A stretch of DNA of 56,300 nucleotides from a virus. Lineage: Duplodnaviria; Caudoviricetes. The position numbers and the translations under genes were made by a program. The notes beneath the pieces were generated by a model. The model did not search any database, had not been told where the DNA came from, and saw nothing but the letters and a program-made list of their open reading frames with translations. The DNA lies in IMG/VR virus record IMGVR_UViG_3300042447_000704, positions 1 through 56,300 of that record. One strand, given 5' to 3'. Every line of letters starts with the position of its first letter. Position 1 is the first letter of the stretch. This document shows, in pieces, positions 8,153 to 17,100 of the stretch.

Positions 8153-8410
8153 ATGAAGCCTGCTGGATGGCTGAGTCACGAGGGCGGTCTGTTGCTGCAC
8201 ACACAGTCCTCTCCAAACGACATCCCCCTCTATCGCAAGCTAGAGGCAAGAGCCCATTTGGGCGAGTGCTGGAGGCGGGGGCCCGCTCACTACGAGTGCG
8301 CCGTCAAGAAGGTGGAGCTTCTTCAGCTAATAGTGGATGAGGACTTCTGTGACGCGAACTGTTCGTGGGCTGAGCATCACGCCGACTGCGCGTTCAGAGA
8401 CGAAGAATGA
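8153..8410 (+). CDS. Hypothetical protein with CWxxGPxHYECA motif
   Basis: RBS GGGAG; motif shared with 8625-8960. Confidence 0.65.
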   Translation: MKPAGWLSHEGGLLLHTQSSPNDIPLYRKLEARAHLGECWRRGPAHYECAVKKVELLQLIVDEDFCDANCSWAEHHADCAFRDEE

Positions 8411-8628
8411 ATCGCGACAACATCATCAGTATGGCGCGGGAAGCCGGAATAAAAAATGATTGCGACGGCATTTGGTGTGAAGCAGACCAGCTTGAACGCT
8501 TCGCCGCACTTGTCGCCGCTGCTGAGCGTGAGGCGTGCGCGAAGATCGCCGATGAAGTTGGTGACGACGACGAAGACTGGCATGCGTGGATTGCAGCCGA
8601 CGCCATCCGCGCAAGGGGGAAGGAGTGA
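8407..8628 (+). CDS. Hypothetical phage protein
   Basis: LERFAALVAAAEREACAKIA...AIRARG motif typical of proteobacterial phage accessory genes. Confidence 0.75.
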   Translation: MNRDNIISMAREAGIKNDCDGIWCEADQLERFAALVAAAEREACAKIADEVGDDDEDWHAWIAADAIRARGKE

Positions 8629-8960
8629 GTGATTTGCTCGCTAACAAGATACGAACGGCACGACTGGCGGCCGGACTGACTCAAGCTCAAGTTGCAGAGC
8701 GTCTGGGATTGAGTCGTGGTGCAGTCACGCAGTGGGAGTCTAGGTCTCTTGCGAGTCGCACGACGCCTTCGATCAACGCGCTCAAAGAGCTTGCCGCAAT
8801 CGCTAACGTGCCATTTGGGTTTCTCTTGTCCGAAGACTCCCAAACACACGAATCAAACGCGCAGCCAACTACTCACTCCGCAGGCTGCTGGAGTCTGGGG
8901 CCAGAGCATTACGAGTGTGCCTGCGCCGAGATAGCAAGACTAAAGGGGTGGGTGAAGTGA
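8625..8960 (+). CDS. XRE-family HTH protein fused to a CWxxGPxHYECA module
   Basis: IRTARLAAGLTQAQVAERLGLSRGAVTQWES; GTG start after AAGGA. Confidence 0.8.
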   Translation: MSDLLANKIRTARLAAGLTQAQVAERLGLSRGAVTQWESRSLASRTTPSINALKELAAIANVPFGFLLSEDSQTHESNAQPTTHSAGCWSLGPEHYECACAEIARLKGWVK

Positions 8961-9052
8961 AATTATCCCCGCAGCATAAGCTCCCAAAGATCCGTACACG
9001 TTTACTGGCATATGTCGCAAAAGCCCAGAAATCTGTACACGTCGTCTAGCAC

Positions 9053-9469
9053 GTGATGAGAAAACAGATAAAAGTTAACGCGATGTCGTTCGCAATTCTG
9101 GTCCGCGAGATGCTGGCGGCCGAACTTACTTGCGAAGAGTTGGCGCAACAGACGGGCCTGCACTACGTGACTGTCCTGCACTACACGCGTGAGATGCACA
9201 AGGCTGGATCGGCCTACATCGCCGCGTGGCGGATGAACCACCTCAAGCAATACGTTTTGAAAGTCTATGGGGTTGGCAGCAGAGCGGATGTGGAGAAACC
9301 ACGCAAAGCGATGACCGCCTCGCAACGCCAGATGAAGTACAGAGCAAAACTTAAACGGAAGAAAGAATATGAGCAGCGAGTCAGTGATCAACCCGCAGCA
9401 TTACAAGAACGGACAGATCGAGTGCATCGACGCGATCAAAGCAGCCACGGTTCACAAGCCAGCCTTTGA
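9053..9469 (+). CDS. Winged-HTH-like hypothetical protein
   Basis: TCEELAQQTGLHYVTVLHYTREMH...YIAAW; basic C-terminus. Confidence 0.6.
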   Translation: MMRKQIKVNAMSFAILVREMLAAELTCEELAQQTGLHYVTVLHYTREMHKAGSAYIAAWRMNHLKQYVLKVYGVGSRADVEKPRKAMTASQRQMKYRAKLKRKKEYEQRVSDQPAALQERTDRVHRRDQSSHGSQASL

Positions 9470-9770
9470 GGCGGTTCTGGTCGGCCACGTATTTCGTTAC
9501 CTTTGGCGTTACGAATCAAAGGGCCGCATCGATGACGTTAAGAAGGCCCGCTGGTATGTCGAGCGTCTGGTCGATACCGTTGGCTTTGAGGAGTCAGGTT
9601 TCGTTAAGCCTGTGGCCGCCGATGCATTGCGCTGGATCGCGATCGATCTGAACAGCGATGTTCTGGCGCAGGCCGCCGACCAGATCGATGTTGCGAACAT
9701 CCTGTTGGCAGAGTGCGTAAAGCACGTACCGGCCGATCTCGCCAAACGTATTAAGGAGGCAGTCCAGTGA
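9369..9770 (+). CDS. DUF3310 (SaV-like) protein
   Basis: INPQHYKNGQIECIDAI...YLWRYESKGRIDDVKKARWY. Confidence 0.85.
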   Translation: MSSESVINPQHYKNGQIECIDAIKAATVHKPAFEAVLVGHVFRYLWRYESKGRIDDVKKARWYVERLVDTVGFEESGFVKPVAADALRWIAIDLNSDVLAQAADQIDVANILLAECVKHVPADLAKRIKEAVQ

Positions 9771-9991
9771 TCAACTTGATGGTCGATGTTGAGTTGCCGC
9801 CAATCCCGGACAAGCTCCGGGTCCGAACCCTGAAGGTCACCAACAAGTCTCTTGAAGAGGCATACGCCGATCGCAGGATCGAGGTAGATATTGGCGACCT
9901 CGATGACGAGGCGATCGAAGCACTAGCTACGCGCTGGAAGCAGATGTTCTATCGCGCCGCAACCCAGAGGCGGGCAAGAATCGTCGAGTGA
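9767..9991 (+). CDS. Hypothetical protein (74 aa)
   Basis: GTGA overlap; RBS AAGGAGG. Confidence 0.65.
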   Translation: MINLMVDVELPPIPDKLRVRTLKVTNKSLEEAYADRRIEVDIGDLDDEAIEALATRWKQMFYRAATQRRARIVE

Positions 9992-10007
9992 CTGTTACTT
10001 TTTTGCG

Positions 10008-10037
10008 TTGCCTAATCGGATTACCTCGTTGTATAAT
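10008..10037 (+). promoter_or_regulatory. Possible sigma70 promoter reading across attP
   Basis: TTGCCT-18 nt-TATAAT. Confidence 0.4.
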
Positions 10038-10120
10038 CGGACTACTCAAGTGGCAGGAATGCTTCCGATAGTCAGAATTTTTCGCGGTTACAGTTCTGAT
10101 AGCATTCCTAAAGGTATTGG

Positions 10121-10170
10121 GCGGACTTTTAATCCGTTGGTCGCAGGTTCGAATCCCGCACGGCCTACCA
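10121..10170 (+). mobile_element. attP core: 3' half of tRNA-Lys(UUU)
   Basis: GCGGACTTTTAATCCGTTGGTCGCAGGTTCGAATCCCGCACGGCCTACCA contains the anticodon arm (TTT), T-arm and CCA; no D-arm or 5' acceptor strand upstream; adjacent to the integrase. Confidence 0.88.
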
Positions 10171-10208
10171 AACCCCCTTGAGAACCGCATTTTCTCTGGG
10201 AGGTTCTC

Positions 10209-11138
10209 ATGAAGACGCAGCAATCGGATGGTCTGAAAAATAGTCGGATTGTCCCAAAACGTCCGTCGATAAATCCGACGGTCAAATCGGATGGTGCCAC
10301 CACCCTCTCCGAACCGATGACGCAGTTTCAAAAATCGCCTTCTGGACGCACGCTTGTGCGCCAAAAGCATTCTGTGAAACTCGCTCAGTTCTGGCTTGAC
10401 AATCTGGGGGCAGATACGCCTCTGGAAGAAGTCGCCCCCTCAGCAGTACGTCGCATCCTCAATGGGCTGGACATCAGCGGCTCGACAAAGAACCGCTACG
10501 TAGCCGCACTCAGCGTGCTGTACAAGATTGCAGCCGTTGACTTTGACTATGACGGTCCGAACCCGACCCGCAAGATGGTCAAGTGGCCCGAGAACGGGGC
10601 TCGAGTTCGCTCCCTTAATAAAGCAGAGGTCAGCGCCCTGCTGGATGCCTGCAAGACATCGCGATGGCCGAAGCTTCGGCTGCTAGTTCTGATGGCAGTC
10701 ACCACTGGAATGCGCCGGGGCAGCTTGATGGGGATCAGGCACTCAGACATCGACATCAAGTCTGGCCGGATCGTCATCGACAGAACTAAGAACGGCACGC
10801 CCTATGTCGCCATCCTGACTGAGTCAGCATTGGCAGAACTGCGCCCGTGGCACCGCGAGGGCTCTGATGAGCTTCTGTTTAAGGGCAAAACAACGAGGGG
10901 CTACACGCTCGATAAGGAGTACCGCAAAGCTGTCGAGAAGGCTGGGATGGGCGCAGATGTAGTGTTCCACACGCTGCGACATACGGCAGCCTCTATGGCC
11001 GCCCAGAGCGGTGCCAGCACCCTTCAGATAATGGACCTGCTCAATCACAAGACCCCAGTGATGGCGGCCCGTTATGCCCACTTGAACATAACTAGCCGCC
11101 AGACACTGGTTGGCTCGGTCTTCAGCGACATCCGGTAG
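10209..11138 (+). CDS. int: Tyrosine integrase
   Basis: TGMRRG (R), TKNG (K), FHTLRH (HxxR), LNHK (H), ARYAH (Y); start uncertain. Confidence 0.93.
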   Translation: MKTQQSDGLKNSRIVPKRPSINPTVKSDGATTLSEPMTQFQKSPSGRTLVRQKHSVKLAQFWLDNLGADTPLEEVAPSAVRRILNGLDISGSTKNRYVAALSVLYKIAAVDFDYDGPNPTRKMVKWPENGARVRSLNKAEVSALLDACKTSRWPKLRLLVLMAVTTGMRRGSLMGIRHSDIDIKSGRIVIDRTKNGTPYVAILTESALAELRPWHREGSDELLFKGKTTRGYTLDKEYRKAVEKAGMGADVVFHTLRHTAASMAAQSGASTLQIMDLLNHKTPVMAARYAHLNITSRQTLVGSVFSDIR

Positions 11139-11139
11139 G

Positions 11140-14100
11140 TCACTCCATCCGCTTCTTCTCGGCGTAGAAGGCCCGGTTGAATCGATCGTAGAGTTCTTTT
11201 TTCTTTCGATCGAGGTCAAGCCGGGCCGATTCTTTTTCGGCTCTGCTCATCGACTCGTTATCGATGACAGCAATCTCCATCTTGCGGATGTTGCTCAGAG
11301 CCTCCCTGAGGTTTGACTGAGCGTTGCCCAGCGCAGCCAGCCCCCGAGAGTTGTTGATCCGCTCCATCACCGCGTTCGGGGCCTGTTTGCCCCAGTAGAG
11401 TTTGGCCTCTTCCAGAGCTTTAACTGCCTCGGCCGAATTTTCAAAGAACGCCGACTGCTCGCCCTTGATCGTCTTCGTTTGGTAGAAGGACTTCAGGATC
11501 GGGATCTGATTCTTCTGGATCGAAGCGCCGTCGCCGATTGAAAGCTCAAGATCGATTGCAGAGACGGTGTCTCGGACGAACGATCCAGCGCCACCCGTTG
11601 TAAACCCGATCAAGTACTTCAGAGTCTCTGGGCTGACATCGATCTTGCCGGGAGACGCTTTGCTGCCCTGAGTTGCCTCGTTCAGCCACTCGGTGAACTT
11701 CTGGAGATACGTGCCGCGAGAGCTAGTCCAGTACTTCTCTGAGTCCGGCTTCTCCTCGCCGAGGCGGTCTTCCGGCTTGAGCGGGAACCCCTGCTCGGTC
11801 TTGTTCATCGTCAGAACAGCGATCGGGTCGAACAGGGTCGGCGCAACAAAAGTAGCGAGGTTCTCGGTCGACCCGAGAGGGGAGAAGTGCTGGAAGAATG
11901 CGCTGGTCAGGAACGATGCGACCTTACCGACCTCCTTACCTCTTTGCAGGTCGTACAGACCCTGTCCGAGGTTCACAAAGAATCCCCATCCATAGGTCAG
12001 AGGAATCTTGTACTGGTTGCCTTCGGCATCAAAGAACAGAAGGTTCTTGTGCTTCACGCCGTTCATGTTGGGCTTGTCCCAATACGGCTCATCGTCATCG
12101 CCAACAGCGCCGACAGCCATCATCGCGTTGAAGTAGCCCAGAGCCACCAGACTGGAAACGACAGCGGAGCCCTTCTTGCTGAACGCAAGCTCAGCCACCC
12201 TGCGCGTTCCCTGCACTGCTGGGTTGAAGAACAGGTACAGAGAAGAGAACAGAGGCGTCTTCTTGCCCCTTCGAGCGAAGTCAACGGTGACGTTGGCCGC
12301 CGTATCTACAGCCTCTTTGACCGACTCTCCGGCCTGCCTCGCAGCGGAGTAGGCCGCCACCCTCGCAGCGTTCTCGATCGAGCCGTTGATGTCCATAATG
12401 AACTCTTCGGCTGCGCGGATGAATTTTCTGGCCTCGATGTACCACGACTTCGGGTTCAGAGTGATCGAGTTCTTTGCCTCGGCGATGATCTTGTTCAGCT
12501 GGACTTGCTTCTGCTCCAGCGTCTCAAGCCCGGCAAAGGACTGCATCGCTCCGACATCTCGGTACTCGTTGTAGGCCTGCTTGTAGCGGTTGCCGGTCAT
12601 CGTCCAATCGCCCGTACGCTCGGCCCTCCAGATGTTCCACGCAAGAGGCAAGAGCTTCGGGAGCATTCCGGCCGCCCTCAGGACACCGCCCTTCTTCTCG
12701 ACCCCGGTCTGGATCATTGCGGACTGCAAGTCGCGAACAGCATTGATCAGAACGAACGCAGGAGACAGCGCAGTCCAAAGCTTTGCCAGACCGCGATTGA
12801 TCGAGCGCCACGCCTGCGTCATCATCTTTACGTCGCCGTCTGCCGCAGCGATCGCGGCATTCAGATCGGCAAGCATTGCCGCGTCTTTGACCCAGATGGA
12901 GTACATCTTGCCGTTCACGCGGACAGCGACGGTATTGGCCTCTCGGTTATCAACCGTTGCGACGTAGGAGACGTTGCCCTGAGCGATGCCCAGCGGAGAC
13001 ATCGATCCTTTGTTAAAGCGGCGCGTGAGGATGACTCGATTCACCTCCCAGAGGAGGTCGTCTTTGTTATCCAGAACGAAGCGCAGGAACGCCTGCCTGA
13101 CGGCATTTTTTTCTGCCATCACAATCGCACGCTCGTGATCCCCGAGGATGTTCTCGATGATCTGACCGGCTCGAGATCCGCGACCCAGCGCACGTTTTGC
13201 AAACGGCACTCTGGGGTCCATCTTTCCGGTGGAGCGCATCGAGTCATCGACATCCTCCCAGCCCTTCAGAGGGATGTAGGTGCCTTTGTAGACTGCATTC
13301 CACGAGTCGACGGTGTCCCGATCCACAAGACCGGAACTCAACAGCAGTTGCTGCGTGTCTTTGGTGATCGCCTGAAGCTCTCTGGCAAGACGCTTGAATG
13401 TCTGGAAGTCTGGACGAGCCCTGAATGACTTCAGGAACGCCTTAGCTTCAGCATCGAACATCCCTGACCCGCCGTCCGGGAACTGCGAGTTGATTGCAGC
13501 GATCTGCTGGTTGCGCAGTCTGGCGTGTACTGCGTACAGGTACAGCGCGATATCGTCAGGATCGATGTCGGCCTTAGCGATTCGCTTGAGGATCGGCCGA
13601 ACTTTTGTCTCGCGGAACTTCTCGATCTGAGCGCCCGCTTTGCGATACATGCGGGTCTGCGCCATCTGGACATCCGAGTTGTCCGTCAGTACGCCGCCCT
13701 GTTTGGCGACAGACTCCTGAACTGCTTGAACCCTGCTGACCTCGTTTGCCAGCTGGTTGCTGATCCGCTCCCGAACGGTTCGGGCCGGAAGCGTGAAATT
13801 TACGCCCGGGGTCGGGACGTTCCGCGAGTAGAGCGGGGAACGACCAAAGGTTCCATTAACACCGCTGGTGAGTACCCGTTCCCCCACCGCGTCCAGTCCT
13901 CCTCGGTCCACCGGGAGTAAAACGCTCTTTGTGAATACCGCTCTTTTAAGAGTTGAGCTTCCTGCCGACGCGCTTCTGGCAGCAGGGCTTTTCGCTGCTC
14001 TAGTGAAAGCGTCATCAGGAAAGGGGTTGTAGCTACGATCGAGGAACTGTCCAACTTCAAAGTCGAATCTGACATCGCGCAACTCCGGGACGGCGGCTAA

Positions 14101-17100
14101 GACAGAGTCGGATTCTGCCTCCAACATCTGAGCCAAATTATACCGCGTATCACCGTCTCGCCAGTCGATCGGGCGCAGGTAATTGCCCGCAAATTCGCCC
14201 GCTTCTGCGTAGCCATTGTAGTCATAGGCGCGAGAAGGATCGAACTGATTCGGGTGCGGAAAGAGGTGGTCTGTCGTCCCAAACTTCAGGGACGAACTAA
14301 TCATGTTTGACAGCCGCCGCCACGCTCCAGTCGGGCTAAGTCCAGCAGGGTCTCCGATGAATACCAGCCCGTTGTTGAAGGCGTAGTTGGCAACGAGGTT
14401 GTAGATTGCAGAGCCGCGCGACTCGCCTGACTCTAGCTCTTGAACATCAAGCCAAACCTGCCCGTTACGCTCTCTGAAAATTGCGTACCGATTCTCTTGC
14501 ACCTCTGCCTGAAGCTCAGTCTGGTAGCGGGTTGATTTGTCTTGCCATACAAGCTCGGGCAGAAGCTCTTTAGAGATGTCCTGAAAGGACTTCTTGTCAG
14601 ACCTCTCGTACTTGAACGCGTCGTCTTCTTTGGCGACGTTCTGCCACGCATCTACGGCGCGAGAGAACTTTGCTTGAGCGGCGGGCGCGGTGTCAGGAAG
14701 GGCCGGAATCTTGATATCCGAGTCGGCAGGCAGGCTTCCTCGGCGCTGTTCCTCACTGAGCGTCTTGATGAACTCCAGCATCGGGGCATCAACAAGATCG
14801 TTGCCCGTCAGCGTGAAGACAACCGGGGGCAATGAGGCCTTTTGCGGAGCGAACGGGCGGTCCTTAACAGCAACCCCCTCCGCTTCCGGCCTGAAGTTTT
14901 GCCACGCGTTTTGCAGTCTTGTCTCGGCCGTAATCGCCCAGCGAGCCATAGGGCTGGTCGTGCTTGCCATATGGTTGCGCCACGCGGCAGCTTCGCCGTT
15001 GGGGCCAAACTCGGTGGCAGACAGGTTGTGAGCGAAGTAGTCGTGTACCGCTCTCAACAAATCGTTGTAGAGCATTGGGTAACCGTTCGCGTCCTTCAAG
15101 CCAGAATCTTTCAGGAGCGGATTGCCGGTGAAGTCAGAGCCTTCTGGACCGAAGGTGGCAGGCGATGTCTTGAACGTCTTCAGGCGGTTGTTCTGGCTAA
15201 CGTCCTGACGCATAGCGGCGCTGTTTGGGTACACGTCCCCGTTCATTGCCTCGATGGAGCCGGCGGACGTACCCTTCCACGCTTTCGACTTCCACGCTTT
15301 TGAGGGCTGGCCGAAGTTCTTGCGCAGGTAGTCGAGGACAATCTTTGCCTTCGCCTGAGGCATGCCATCGGCAATCAGACGATCGACCAATTCTTGCGAG
15401 CGCGGGCCCCAGTACGGGTAGACGGCGTCACCGATCTTGACGGTCGCCATCACCTCCACTTTGATCGGGAGGGCTTTGTACTGAGTCGCTATTTCAGCTG
15501 CTGCGGCTTCGTATGCCTGCTTAACTAGAGGGTTTTGCAGGTCATTGGACGGCAGCGCCTCGAATACCGAGGCAAGCGTCTTTTGAGACTTAACCTGAGC
15601 CTGAGTAAGCGCCTTCTGCTTGAAGGGCTCTACCGGGCCCTTCTTGAGAAACTCGGCGACTAGCCTCGGGGTTTTGGTGTCTGACGCTTCGCGGGTACGA
15701 ACGTCACCGTCGATTCGTTCGTAGCCAGCCGTTGCGCCATCTCCTCGTCCGTAAGCGGAGAGGCGTTGATAGCTTTGTTGATTTCTTTGACTCTTTGCGC
15801 CAACCAACTCATATATTCGGGCGACCCCAGCTTCGTATTCCGCGAGGGAGGCGATATGGTTTTCGGGGTTTGCATTTGGTCGTACCCAGTAAGTTGTAAT
15901 TGAAGCGTCGGATACAGTCAGGCCGCTAAGACCGCTCTGCGACAAAATTTCAGACACCTCTTGACCGGACATCGTCTGGTCTAGCGGAATTTCGTGAACA
16001 AGAGTCGAGTAAGAGCCATCTCCAAATTCGTGGCCGATCGGTCTGGAGGTCGGCGTACGAACGTGAATTTGCTCTTGATTATACATCTGAGCAAAGCGAG
16101 AAAGTGCTGCCAAAACAGCAACAGATTCGGAGTCATTGAAGGCGACTTCGAGGCTGATTGCCGGCTCTCTTTCGGACGCATAAGCACCGATGGAGTCAAT
16201 GACTTTTATCTTCGCTTTGGTGCCGCTCAGCAGGAATCTGAGCGAGCTTTCGGCGACCCTTTGAATCAGCGCACCAGCCTCCCGCTCGCCGGCCATCGCC
16301 CTGTCGTACAGGTCTTTGATGCCCGGGATGCTGGATGTGGCAGCAGTCAGGTTGATCGTCGTCTTTTGCCTAAGCTCCTTAGCTTCGCGTAAGCGGACGC
16401 CGCCCTCTGGGACGTACTCTTTGTCGTAGCTTGTGCCGCCGTCTTTGACGAACTGACCGGCATCGCTGCCCTTCCAGTCAGGCTCGTTGATGCCACCTGC
16501 AACTTCTACGATTTTTTCGCGTGCGGCCTCAAACGAAATCTTGCCATCTCGATACTGATCCCAAACGGCGCGAACCGGAGCCTTCATCGTGCTCTTTTCG
16601 TCCGCCCCGAACATTCCCCGGACGGCCTCCCACGTGATCGACTGCATCTCGCGGGGGAGTATCCCGACCTGCTTTGCTGCCTCCCGGTAGGCGTCGGCAA
16701 TGATTCCGTATGTGCCGCCCACACCAATGACCGCAGACTTGCCTGTGCCGCCAAAGTTTTGAGTCACCGGGGCATCGGTGCCAGACAGCGCCTCGAACAA
16801 AGCTGCGGCAACTGCGTGGGTGTCGATCGTGACGTGCCCGATCGCTGACTTCGGGGCGGCGATGTTGTTGTAGAACGAGCGGATTTTGTGTTCGTCGCCC
16901 AGCTGCTCGCTGATGTTCTCGCGAGAGCCGTTACGGAAGATGCTGACAGCCTTCTCGATCGGGCCGTAGGTCGACCACATCATCGTCGATGGCTCGCCGT
17001 TATTCTTCCTTACCAAACCGGAGAACCCGCCCTCTGGAGTGACGATGCGATATTGCCGAGAGTTAAACGCTTCGTCGTACGCCCTGACAAATGCGGCGGC

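Noticed and set aside
10095-10170. Complete tRNA-Lys gene
   Set aside because: Only the anticodon arm to CCA is present; the upstream bases form neither a D-arm nor the 5' acceptor strand, so this is the attP core
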